Source: Eledone cirrhosa
Lineage: Eukaryota
Direction: 5' to 3'
Assembly: GCA_964016885.1 (NCBI GenBank)
Contig: OZ024747.1
Span: forward strand, 64,790,001-64,854,000
Length of the DNA stretch: 64,000 nt
The notes beneath the pieces are model-generated. The model had not been told where the DNA came from. It saw only the letters and a program-made list of their open reading frames with translations, and searched no databases. Positions 12,701 through 27,085 of this stretch are shown piece by piece. Positions within the stretch are counted from its first letter, which is position 1. Every line of letters begins with the position of its first letter. Position numbers and translations under genes: made by a program.

Positions 12701-13564
12701 ACTCTTTTTGTTTCAGCCTAGTATACATATATGTATACAAGCTTTCAAAAATAAAAGTTAACTGCTTCAGCGCATATTTCCTTTTTTTATCTTGATAATA
12801 GCTGTGGTGCGAGTCACTTTAGTTGACATTAGTAATGTCCCTTCAGCTTGGAAAATATGAATTGTATTTGCAACTCAAAAGGCTAGCTGTGTCTCAAATT
12901 TGCCACATTGGGTTCATATATGTTCATGGAATGATCAATCATTTACACGTTAATTTCATGAACGAGCAAGCTGTTTCCTTATTCAAACAATAGGAACCCT
13001 GATCAATGTGACTGACGAAGAGCTACACATGATACATACACTATTTGTAACGACACTGAAAACACTGCCATATTAAAACCTCAAAACAACTGACAGTCTA
13101 TCACGTCACGTCACGTCTCCATAGATTAGGACAAGCTTCTGGATCTATTCGATTCGTCTGACTGTCGCTCTGCTAACAGCTTTATAAACAGATTAATCTG
13201 AAAATATATATTTTGCTTTTTATAATTAAAATGGAAGCCAAATAGATGCATTATATATGGATTTATCACTTTTCCTATTCTGTTTACATTATTTATGCAG
13301 CTTATATAGTTAGACATTTGAGGAAATATATGGAAAACTTTGTTATGAATTGTTTTATATATAGAAACCCTGCTGAATCTGAGTACAAGAATGGCTCACA
13401 CTTTTACTTACAGAATTAACATGTTACTAATTGTAATATTGTCATCTGCTATTTGGAGAACATTCGGTTATATGTGTTAATCATTCATACATACATACAT
13501 ACATACATACATACATACATACATACATACATACATACATACATACATACATACATACATACAT

Positions 13565-13958
13565 ACATGGTGGCTGCCAACTCGTTTTCGAGTACGGCCA
13601 CTACTTTATATCCATGTAGGTGAACCCCTACCGATGCGCTGAACGAGTGTGACTTTTTAGTCCAGCCAGCGACTTGAAAACTCTGGTACAAACACTACAC
13701 CTGTGACAATTATTGACACATAGTGCTGGGCCCATGGCACCATGTGACGACAAGTGCAGAGAGATCTCCAGATATAAAGCAATGCCTGTGCTGTGAAGCT
13801 TTTATAATGAGCAAAGGCACTGCACAAAGCCAGTCCCACTCTCTTAACCAAGATGATATTTACCAAAAAGAAGAACAATTCAACATTATTGGTTACCATA
13901 AGGGTTGCAGGTGTTAAATCAGAGTTTTCCTTCTCCTAGAATTCTGCCAAAGGGGTCA
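13565..13958 (-). mobile_element. Non-autonomous ~600-bp RTE-related element, truncated copy in (CATA)n
   Basis: Near-identical to 18166-18680 and 41576-42171; minus strand CTAGGAGAAGGAAAACTCTGA resembles RTE 5' UTRs. Confidence 0.65.
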
Positions 13959-13989
13959 TACATATATACATAATACATACATACATACA

Positions 13990-14515
13990 TGATGGCTGTA
14001 AACTCTGCTAAGAGTGTGCCAATCGCTTGTCAGATTACAGAAAATGGTGGACTTTTAGGCTACAGCCACCCACACGAACCTGTAACATGACCTGAACAAG
14101 CAATGCCTGTGCTTTGAAGGTTTTTTTAAGTGGGGAAAGGCCTTGTACTCAACCATCCCACTCTCTGAGAATTGAAAACACTACCTGATAAAGAGAACTG
14201 GTCAACATCATCGGATGCCTCCGAAGCCGCAGGCTTTCTTTTTCAGAGTTTCCCTCTCTTAGAAAGGTGTTGTGACAACAACCGGGGGCCTTTCACTCCC
14301 AGGTGAAAAAAAAGAATACTATTTGGATGGCCGTTGACTCTGCTGAGTTCCTCCGGACTTTGCCGGGTCTTGTATTTCATCCAGCAGGGTGCCCAAATAT
14401 CATCCTCCTCACCGAGCAAGCTTGGTGGGGTTGCCGATTTTGTCGCCGGCAACCCGACCATGAGACAAGTTGTAATGGGTTACATGTTACCAGTAGCACT
14501 CGAGAGCGACCTGAC
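13990..14515 (-). mobile_element. Diverged subfamily copy of the same (CATA)n-associated element
   Basis: Shares GCAATGCCTGTG, CAGAGTTTCC and ACCCGACCATG...CATGTTACCAGTAGCAC blocks with 41576-42171; bounded by (CATA)n. Confidence 0.6.
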
Positions 14516-14561
14516 ATAACATACATACATACATACATACATACATACATACATACATACA

Positions 14562-14592
<31 letters not shown>

Positions 14593-16121
14593 TAAATCCC
14601 AAACTTATAGCATTAGGTCTTCCGTATAATACTGACTTATGAATAGTTTCTGACTTATGAACATGATCTCAAATTTAAGTAATTGTTAGGCAATTAAAAA
14701 GACCGCAATATTTTACCGGGGTAAAGGCGCGCGATTTCGTTATTAGTGGATTTGGTTCTAGGACTCGGTGGTACGTTATATTCTTGAGCAAGATATTACA
14801 TTTCACGTTGCCTCCATCCATTCATTTAAAAGTTAGTACAATAAAGGGGTGTTGGTTATCCCTGCGATGAACCGGCGTGCTATCTAGAGTATAAGCCTTG
14901 TACTCACAGTTGCTTAACCCCAATAAATATATTAGCCTTATATCACTTTTCACATTATTTAATATATTATATACAATGCTTGAGGCAACTACAACATTTT
15001 ATTATTCATATTTATATTCTGGCCTTGTGCCTATAGTAGAAATCATTATTGATATTGATATTTATTTAAGAAACCATCATTTATATCTATATTTATATTT
15101 ATATTTTTTAACTGTGGGTTAATCAAGGATAAACATCAATTGTCAGCTAAATTATTTAAAAGAATATATTGAAGCGAAAACCAAACGAAACAGTGAGTGT
15201 GTTTTACTATTTTTTTTTTTTTTAAAACATAACCCTTTCCGAATATAACAATATTTATTTCCACACACGATTTCATATCAGAAACATTTCAAATCAAATA
15301 TATTTTTTGTTCAAGGAAATGTGCATGTTGATAATATTTGATTTTTCCAATTAAATAAGATATCATATTTATATTTTTTAAAAGTATATACTCAGCCATG
15401 TTACATTCCTCCATACATGCACAAATGTATATAGTGTGCATATACTATATACATTTGTGCATGTATGGGGGAGGGGGGTGTAACATATATACATTCATAT
15501 ATATATATATGTGTGTGTTTGTGTGAGGTGGGTGTGTGTATGAGGTGGGTGTGCTTATGCACGTGGAGGGTGTGACTGTGTGGGTGTGTGTTTGTGTGTG
15601 TGGGGTGAGTTGGATATGTGTGTGTGTATGTGGGGGGGGTCTATGATATTAAAATGTAGAAATACCTGTTTGAACGTCTATAATGTTATCCCTTCCAAAT
15701 ATTGAGGTGATACCACGAGGAGAAGAGATTTGACACCAGGTCAATTCTATAGGTTAAGACAACAATATTGATTAAATCAAAATCTCATACGTTCATGATA
15801 GATGAACACTTTGGCCATGTCAAACATGGCTGTGATATAATCTCAAGAAGGATACATACAGCAGGCATTATAGGTAGGTGAATTTAAGTGGCACTAAATG
15901 GCAATCTAAGATGACCTCTTTTATTTTGAAGATGTATGTAACGATTAATGGTTATGAGATAAAACTTCGTTATTGTGGTAATACGATCATGCGACAAATA
16001 TGTTTATACACATTCAAATTATACATACCCATATGTATATAAACAACTAAACATATGATCTTCCGATATTTACTTCTAACTATGTAATAAAATTATATAA
16101 CAGTATATATATGTAATAGGA

Positions 16122-16184
<63 letters not shown>

Positions 16185-16299
16185 TCATTAAAATAACTAC
16201 AGTAGGCTGGACTGGAATATTTACTTTAGAGTATTTCGAGTCGTTTGTTTCAAACCTGTAACATTGATAAAATGACTACGTGATTGTTCATTCATACAA

Positions 16300-16365
<66 letters not shown>

Positions 16366-16425
16366 AACATTGGAATTTGATTATTCGCTCTAACATAGCG
16401 GATACGTAAATGCAAATTCTAATTT

Positions 16426-16466
<41 letters not shown>

Positions 16467-16526
16467 GACATTGGAATTTGATTATTCGCTCTAACATAGC
16501 GGATACGTAAATGCAAATTCTAATTT

Positions 16527-17750
<1,224 letters not shown>

Positions 17751-18165
17751 TATATATATATTGGTGACCAAAACCTTTTTATCAATTAAAACTCCATTAT
17801 CTATTCAAGAAAACTAACACCAGACATATTCAACATCTTAGTCAATGAATGAGACTGAGACACCATTAACAAAGCTTCATTAAATATATCTACACACATA
17901 CATACACATATACACATACATATACACACATACACACGAGCCAGATTTGCATATCTAAATATATTATTTCCGTCTATTATTTAACATTTCCCTTCACTTT
18001 CTATTCAAACATACTCTCAGACATACATTTACATTTAGATACGTTTGATGACAAATACATACATACATATGTATACATATGTATATGCATGCATACATAT
18101 ATATATATGCATACATATATATATATAAATGCATACATATATACATGCATACATACATACATACA

Positions 18166-18680
18166 TGGATGGTTGCCAACTCGTTTTCGAGTACGGCCAC
18201 TACTTTATATCCATGTAGGAGAACCCCTACCGATGCACTGAACGAGTGTGACTTTTTAGTCCAGCCAGCAACTTGAAAACTCTGGTACAAACACTACACT
18301 TGTGACAATTATTGACACATAGTGCTGGGCCCATGGTACCATGTGACGACAAGTGCAGAGAGATCTCCAGATATAATGCAATGCCTGTGCCGTGAAGCTT
18401 TTATAGTGAGCAAAGGCACTGTACAAAGCCATTCCCACTCTCGTAACCAATATGATATTTACCAAAAAGAAGAACAAGTCAACATCATTGGATACCATCA
18501 GGGTTGCAGGTGTTATATCAGAGTTTTCCTTCTCCTAGAATTCTGCCTTGACAAAGGACAAGAGGTCATCTCTCCCGGTAATTTTGGATGGCCATTGACT
18601 CTTAAGAGCTCCTTTACCCTTTGACAGGTTTTGTTTTTAGTCCTGCAGGATGTCCAAAGTCACCCTACTCACCAAGAAAC
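18166..18680 (-). mobile_element. (CATA)n-associated RTE-related non-autonomous element copy
   Basis: High identity to 41576-42090; CATA repeats at both ends. Confidence 0.65.
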
Positions 18681-18734
18681 CTACATGCATACATACATAC
18701 ATACATACATACATACATACATACATACATACAT

Positions 18735-18835
<101 letters not shown>

Positions 18836-19334
18836 CATTCATATATAGGAAGTGCGATAAATACAAAAATATGTCTGTATGTGTATCTGACGGTGTGTAT
18901 GCCTGTGCATCTATGTATGTGTGTGTATGTCTTTGCGGGTATGTGTGTATAGTTATGTGTATATTTCACGCCTGATCTGCTTCGGCTATCGTTACGCTTT
19001 ATCAGTTCACATTAAACAACACTGTTCAGAATCCTCACCCAGATATTACCAATCAGATAGCGATATCGATTATTTAAAGAATCCGGCTGAAAATAAAAGA
19101 AATCACCCCCACCCCGATATTTATCAGCGTCAGATTAACCTACTTATACGAAGTCAGTAACAATTTATGAAAGCTATTTATATAGATTACCTAATATATA
19201 TCATATAAGCCAGTCGACAATAAAAATTATATGTGGACTGGAGCATCGGGAACTATATTATCTTGCTTAAAGGCACAAGGCTCCGCTATCATTCTGTTCC
19301 ATGACTTTACGATTATGAGTCAAACACCTTCTAT

Positions 19335-19725
19335 AATAATTGTTTGTACTTATTGGCAAAAGGCCAGCAATTATTCAGTGTATTACTGGTACTTTATTTT
19401 ATCGACCCCATAAGGATGAAAGGCAAAATTAATATCGGTGGAATATGACATCATACCGTAAAGAGCCGTAACTATAAGCTCCACAGCATGGCATCCGACT
19501 CTCTACCGATACTGCCAATCCACGGCCATTCTGTAATAATTGTTTCAACTTTTGGCACAAGGCCAGAAATTATACCAGTGCATTACTGGTACTTTATTTT
19601 ATCGATCCTATAACGATGAAAGGCAAAGTTAACCTCGGCGTGATTTTTCCTCAGACCGTAAAGAGCCGTAACTATATGCCGCAAAGCATGGCGTCCGACA
19701 CTCTACCGATATTGCCAATCCACCG
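19335..19725 (-). mobile_element. Two tandem copies of the major ~190-bp tRNA-derived SINE (another at 20390-20578, minus)
   Basis: Reverse complement of GGATTGGCAGTATCGGTAGAG...GAGTTCAAATCCC...TTTGCCTTTCATCCTT...GTCGATAAAATAAAGTACCAGT...GGCCTTGTGCC. Confidence 0.85.
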
Positions 19726-21254
19726 CGTTTTTGGAATAGTATATGGGCTTCAGTACCTTTTATTTTATGCCCTAGAAACGCCGTACGTCGATACCGCGCC
19801 CTTAAGACTCCTTTAGGAGCTACGGAACCATGGATGCGTGTATATATATATAGCAACTAACATATATATTTTATATATATTAAAAATACCACCCATCATA
19901 AATATTATATATAGCAGACAGCATAAATATTAACTTTATAATATATACCAACTATCATACATATTTTTATATACCAACAAATACAAATATTATATATAAC
20001 ATATATAAATGCTAACATTTCTTCTAGACAGAATTCAATTTCATACAATACATTTTATCAATATTTCTACTTAACATTTTTTTGTTTAATGTTACCTTCA
20101 TTAATATATTAATACTAAATTAACAATAGGTTTTCAAAACAATACCTAATCTCCATCATTTATGCCTCACTAGTATAAATTGTTCTACATTTATTTAACA
20201 AAAATGTTATTATCTCCTCGGCTAGCACGGTGAAACCATTGTTTCGTTGATGAGGTCATACTGAAACAGAAACATTTTCGGAAATGTCTTCCGTACTTGC
20301 CGAAATAAATAGAGTAATATTACTCATTGTTTCATAATGTTTTTTCCCCCCTCATCGTGTAATAATTTCTAGTCAGCATATCAAATATAATTGATTCTAC
20401 TTTTGGCACAAGGCCAGCAAATAACCAGTACATTACTGGTACTTTATTTTATCGACCCCGTAAGGATGAAAGGCAAAGTTAACCTCGGCGGGATTAGAAC
20501 TCACACTGTAAAGGGACATAACTCTATGCTGGAAAGCATGGCGTCCGACTCTCTACCGATTCTGCCAATCCAACGCCCTTGCGCCAATGACACTTAACTA
20601 TTACATAGAAGGCCTTATTAAATGCTATTTGTTGTTTATTAATCATAGGTTAGCCCTGCTGAACAGGCTCATAGTCAAAAGCATTTAACTATGAAATCTC
20701 AATATTTGTTCAGGCACAACTTCTCATGAAATATATTAAACACGATGGTTATCCTCAATAGAGCGAAGTAACAGAGTGTGATTTAAGTAGAATTGACTAT
20801 TTCTATCACGTAAAATCACTGCGAATAAGTTTCCTTGTTGGCTTCCAAAAGTACCAGCAATATACTTACACGGATATTCAGCTAATCTATAGTATCTCAC
20901 ATCAATACTAAGTAGAAACAATTAATCTAATTAAAACAGAATCATACTTTTACAGTATTCACCATTTCGCATTAAATATGTCATTAAATTATTAGGAATC
21001 TTAGTGACAGTAAATTGATAGGTTCATATAGATTTATTATATATCTCTGAATCTATCATTTTAATGAATTAATTTCACATACAGGGTTTATGGTGCTATT
21101 TCATGAACACAGTTTATATTTGTACTGTCGACCATTGACTATGGTTAAAACTGTATAGCTTTGCCTAACTGCCCCTGATATATGTCATCTCACTGTCCAT
21201 TGAAATGAGCAGAGTGGGTATACAGTGTTATTTTATATGGCATTATATCTTGTA

Positions 21255-22191
21255 CTAGCAGTAAAGCCCGGCGTTGCTCGGGGTCGCTCAGTAGCTGTGT
21301 TAAAGTTACAATGTTAAGTTTCTTTTTTGGCTTAAAAACTGTAGTGTCTACGGTGCAGACTTGCATGTGGTGTTTTTGATTAATATTCCCTCAACCAACA
21401 ATATGCCTTATGAAGTTAAGAAAACATAACGATAACCCGAATGTTATAACAAAAGAGGATGTTGGGGATAAAAACTGCACTGGTTATTTATTAACAAAGA
21501 TCGAAAATGTAAACACTGCAACGCAGAGAAAAACATTAGCGTAACCAAATTATCAGTTATGTCTGTCTGCACGCCTATATCACCTCTCTGCACGACTGTC
21601 TGTCTGCACGCCTATATCACCTCTCTGCACGACTGTCTGTCTGCACGCCTATATCACCTCTCTGCACGACTGTCTGTCTGGACGCCTATATCACCTCTCT
21701 GCACGACTGTCTGTCTGCACGCGTATATCACCTCTCTGCACAACTGTCTGTCTGCACGACTGTCTGTCTGCACGCCTAACGACGAAATATTTGCTTGTTT
21801 TACATAGTCTTTAAATAGACTTGTTTTCAAGTAAAAATATTGTTTTAAAATGCTTTTAAATGGAAATGAAGCAAAACGGAAGCTTAGTGTTCGTGTATTG
21901 TGTTAATGTCATTTTAAACGCTGAGAAAGCCAGCGTAATTTTTTACGTAAGACGCTCAATGTAAACAGAACAAAGGGAAATAACTGATAACTTACGCTCA
22001 AAAATCGATACATTATATTCGATTTCGTCACATAGGGTGGGTCAATTTGAAATATTTTTTTTTCCGATGTCTTCGCTAGGGCTCAATGTACAAGTATAGC
22101 AATTTCGGTGCAATTCCGTGAGAGATTCTAAGAGGAGATGTGTGCCAAAAATCGATAGACAGACAGACAACCACAGTTTTATATATATAGA
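21255..22191 (-). mobile_element. Non-autonomous Helitron (937 bp)
   Basis: Minus strand starts TCTATATATATAAAA and ends with GC hairpin CCCGAGCAACGCCGGG then CTAG; sits between A and T with no target-site duplication. Confidence 0.8.
21560..21777. repeat. 37-bp minisatellite (~5.5 copies) inside the Helitron
   Basis: TGTCTGCACGCCTATATCACCTCTCTGCACGACTGTC at 21564, 21601, 21638, 21675, 21712. Confidence 0.9.
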
Positions 22192-22197
22192 TTGGAA

Positions 22198-22415
22198 AGG
22201 CAGTGGATTAGCCGTATCGGTAAAGTGTTAGGCACCATGCTTCGTGACATAGAGTTATTCCCTTTACGTTCTGAGTTCAAATCCCGCCGAGTTTAGCTTT
22301 GCCTTTCATCCTTACGGAGCCAATAAAATAAAATAACAGTCACGTACAGGGGTCGATTTAATCAACTTTCCCAACCCCCAAATTGCTGGCCTTGTGCCTT
22401 CAGTAGAAATTATAA
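22198..22415 (+). mobile_element. tRNA-derived SINE copy
   Basis: A-box-like GGATTAGCCGTATCGG, B-box GAGTTCAAATCC, family central domain. Confidence 0.8.
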
Positions 22416-22539
22416 TATCTTGTATTAGATTTTAACCCATTGAACGTTTGAGAAATATAATAATTTTAAGTTGCCAACCTAGTGATCCATATCTCACCAA
22501 CAATTCTTTTATGAATTACGTCAAATATGTTCTGTATAC

Positions 22540-22970
22540 AACCAAACGTGGATGGATTCACTTGAGAGAAATGAATAACATGTATCCCCAGTATGAGAAC
22601 TAATTTCAATATTATTAGAGCTTACAACAAAATTCAGTTAGAAATGATTTAGAAAATAGATTTCAGGAGTGACTAGAAAATTCTATGTCTTCTGTGGAAC
22701 AGGCTTTTACATTGTAATCTTGTGGAATTCAACCTACATATTGAATTGACTTCATTGATCGAAATAGAATTTTCTGGGTTGAACGTAATCATAAAAGGAT
22801 TTCCTGACTCTATGAGTTGATCAAAAGTTATTGATGAACTCCTTATAATTTGTCTACATTATTAAAACGACTGAATATTTGCTTAGATGTATCAGCTAAT
22901 GTCTCTTCTATTGATGCATTAGTTCAATTTCAAGATTCAATGTGTCTGAAGCAGTAATCAGATATTAAAA
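22540..22970 (+). pseudogene. Possible highly decayed piggyBac-like transposase fragment
   Basis: SIDALVQFQDSMCLKQ resembles the piggyBac SIDE..V.FKGR...KQY motif; many stops. Confidence 0.3.
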
Positions 22971-25379
22971 TACAAATGTTGCAGTCACCATGAACCATGA
23001 AGTTATTATTGAAATGCAGACGAGATATTAATAGACATTATGGACCAATGAAATGTAATCACTCCTAAAATACATCAGACTGATCAATTTAGTCTCCTAT
23101 TGATGCTAGTCAAGCTGGGTTTCCAGTAAATAATGTATTGTGAGTATATAAATGATGGATTGAATATTCATTTTATAAGCTCATGCCTTCCAGCAAAGGC
23201 TATTACCAATTACGTAGCTATTATATTTCAGCATTCGAACACAAATATATATTTACCGAGTAACCCTATTTGATATCTGCAAAAATACGTTATGAAACAG
23301 AATATTTTATGCATTGACTTCACATCGATTTTTATTTTTTAATCTAATAACGTTTGCTATATTTTGTTTTGTAAGCAATTTTTTCATATTTGTAATAAAT
23401 GCATATAAACAGAATAAATCACCCAGTTAAATGTTACAATGATATTAATATATTAGTGTCTACAACTATCCAAAGGCCTGGGTAAATGATACAAAATCAT
23501 AGTATATAACTTGCACTCTAGTCTCTCTGTGTTGCAATGTAAAGTTACTAAGCAATCCCCTGTGAATCATAGGTACTGTTTAGGTGCATAATTCTAGTCG
23601 GAATAGTTTAGACATTCGTCAAGTGAAAGCAGTTGTTTGGCTTCATATGAACATTTATCTAACAGATTATCATTGACAAGAGTTTAAATATGACCATCTA
23701 GACTATTCTTTTATACATAGACCTATATTATATAATGTATCCTTATTTTGGTTATGATGGCAGTGTCGGAAGCAGGAAAAGTAAATCGCTACGACAGTTT
23801 GCATGTTGATAAGGTCGAAAAATATTTAGGTTTTACTCGTAATTCGAACTGTATTCATCATCCCATGAAGGGCTTATGACAAAGTAGCTGATGACGGTGT
23901 TTGAACACAGTGAACAGGGTCTAAACATAAAAAATTCCCCAGAGGCATTTACGACCCGGTCAATGCACCAACTATATACTAAATGTATATTTACTTAACT
24001 ATTACCGCGTTCACATTTCGACAGGTTATGGTGCGTCTGCACTTCAAAATATTCAGATTCAAAGAAATGGCTAAATGTGTCCGCTGGTGTCTTATGCACA
24101 TATCTGTGAAGTACATCATACGAGTCGATGAATTATATAGTTATGTATTGTCGTATAAGTGAATATAGTTTGGATGCATAATGTGGATAACTTTATTTCA
24201 AGACGTGTAATTACTTTCCAGCCTGTCAATTACGTCAGTAACACTAAAATAATTCTGATATCAGCTAACTTCGTTGTGTGACGATGCAACAAGGTTAGAA
24301 GTATCTTGCGGCCAGACACATTGAAAATATATGTGGTAAAATGCATTTGTGTTCTCTCGTTATGAATGATAATTCACTGGAAGGCAAATTTGTCTTCAAG
24401 ATGTATAAGAATTTGTCAAATGTATTCATGCCAATAAATTGATTTCTTATATAATTGAACATGTCTCTAATAGGGAGACACATTCTTCAAACATATTTTT
24501 TCATAAGGCTATTTGATTTCCATATTGTCGTTACTACGTCATACATTAACTCCGACACACAGATATAAAGTTATTTCTGTTATTGTATAGTTGCCAAAAC
24601 GTATCTAATGTTTCTTTAGAATCTTTATACAAAGTAAAACATTTAGATTTTATCAGGCCATCTACGAATTCAATGCGAGATCTTTTTCATTACAACAATT
24701 CTAAAATCTGTCTAAATACACATTACCACAAATAATATTGTGTTAGCTTGTTAATCTTCATAATCTACTTCAACACGAAGCCAGGTGTAGTCATTGTAAA
24801 TTTCATTCTGAAATTGATGTAAATCTGATTTAGTGATACACAATTTGGGATTGATTATTTTTATTCTGAATCCAGAAACTTACTGAAGTGAGCAATTGCA
24901 TCTTTGCTCCAATTGCCCTTCAATTCAGATCTTTTTATATCAACTTTGGTGAAAAGAATCGATGTTTTATTAAGTCTATTGTATATCGAATTCTCTCTAT
25001 GGAATGCAGATGGAAATGTTCTTTTTAATCAGGATATAAAAATTATAGTGCTGAATGTAGATATGTTGTGTATGAATGATGACAACGATAATGATTAATA
25101 ACAAATTATATACTGTGGCAGCAATGATACATAACAATGAGGTATAACAATTGTTATGCTGAGTGTGTATATTTTGTGATAACGACGGCAAGAAGAATGA
25201 AATATGACAAATTTAATTGTTTCTACTTTGGGCACAAGACCAGCAATTATTCCAGGCATTACTGGTACTTTATTTTATCGACCTCGAAAGGATGAAAGGC
25301 ACAGTTAACCTCCAACGTTCTAACGACTCTGTCAATTTGCCGCCTTAGACAAATATAATAAGGCATGTGTATAGACCGT

Positions 25380-26235
25380 GGCAACGGAGTTACGGCCCTT
25401 TGCGGTCTGATTTCAGATCCCGCCGAGGGTAACTTTGCCTTTCATCCTTACGAAGTCGATAAAATAAAGTACCAGTCACGCAATGGGTTCGATTTAATCG
25501 ACTTTCCCCTCCCCCAAAATTGCTGGCCTTGTGCCTATATAAGTAAACATTATTATCAGCAGATTCATGGAGTTAGATTGGCAGTATCTATAGAGCGTCG
25601 GAAGCCATGATTTGCAGCCCAGAGTTATGGCCCGTTACGGTCTGATTTCAAATCCCGCCTAGGTTAACTTTGCCTTTCATCCTTACGGAGTCGATAAAAT
25701 AAAGTACCAGTCACGCAATGGGTTCGATTTAATCGACTTTCCCCTCCCCCAAAATTGCTGGCCTTGTGCCTATATAAGTAAACATTATTATCAGCAGATT
25801 CATGGAGTTAGATTGGCAGTATCTATAGAGCGTCGGAAGCCATGATTTGCAGCCCAGAGTTATGGCCCGTTACGGTCTGATTTCAAATCCCGCCTAGGTT
25901 AACTTTGCCTTTCATCCTTACGGAGTCGATAAAATAAAGTACCAGTAATGCACTAGGATATTTGCTGGCCTTGTGCCAAATGTAGAAACAATTATTATCA
26001 GCAGATTTAGGGTGATGGATTGGCAGTATCGGTAGAGCGTCGAACACCAAGCTTAGTGGCATAGAGTTATGGCCTTTTACGCTCTGAGTTCAAATCCCAT
26101 TGAGGCTAATTTTCCCTTTCATTCTTACGGTGTCGATTAAATAAATTACCAATAATTAACTGGGATACATTTAATCGACTTTCCTTTTCACCCAAAATTG
26201 TTGGCGTCGTACCTAAATCAGACACCATAATTATT
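25380..26235 (+). mobile_element. Head-to-tail cluster of four SINE copies including a near-identical 235-bp duplication
   Basis: TCAGCAGATTCATGGAGTTAGATTGG at 25556 and 25791; four B-box/central domains. Confidence 0.85.
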
Positions 26236-26899
26236 ATCAGATTCCAAATTATATAAAGGAGATAATCCGATACATAGATATGATGTGTTTGTCGCAATTC
26301 GGACAGGCGCATCACGATATTTCCGGTGAGAGGAAGTAGGATTTGAACTCAAAATCCGCATAATCAGGACATAAAGCAATCCGTTAGACACTTTAACAAG
26401 ACTGACAATGCACAACATGGAATCCCTCGATCTGTAGTTTATTTAACGAACTTGAAAGAATGAAGGGATGGAATTCAAAGTTGGCGACGGGGTGGGGTTG
26501 AAATCAGAGCGCAGAGCCCGGAACATTTACTGCAAAGCATTCTATTCGAAGTTCTAGAGATTCTGTGTACTCGTCACCTTAGCTACATAACAACATGGGA
26601 AAGCCATATATATTTTCAATTATATTTTGTTTTTTCTCTTCCATTCATCAACTCTGTCCTGTAGAATAATACAATTATGTGGAATAATTTGTATTCCATT
26701 ACAAGTTTAGCGTTTCTTGTTTATGACAGCTTATAGGTGTAATCCCTTTTTGAATATCTATTTTATGACATGGAATACTAATCTGGGATTTGAAATTCTT
26801 ACTTTTTCATTACTCTTTCTTCTCACGTACACCGAAAACGAACATGAGACATATTCTACACATAATCATCGAAGGAATATTCAATACTATAAGAGACAT

Positions 26900-27085
26900 T
26901 GGATTGGCAGTATCGTTAGAGGGTCGGACGCCATGCTTTGATGCATAGAGTTACGACCCCTGACATTCTGAGTTCAAATCCCGCCGAGGTCAACTTTGCC
27001 TTTCATCCTTATGTGGTTGATAAAATAAAGTACCAGTGATACATTGGTAAATTGCTGGCCTTGTGCCAAAAGTAGAAACAATTAT
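26900..27085 (+). mobile_element. tRNA-derived SINE copy (another at ~28455-28628)
   Basis: Family consensus motifs. Confidence 0.85.

Noticed and set aside
20215-20305. TTGATGAGGT..ACTGAAAC with a long stem III-like hairpin
   Set aside because: Stem I candidate is not adjacent to a valid core; at best a decayed relic
24295-25000. Possible L1/Tx1-like 3' relic on the minus strand (KETLDTFW)
   Set aside because: Single weak motif and many stops
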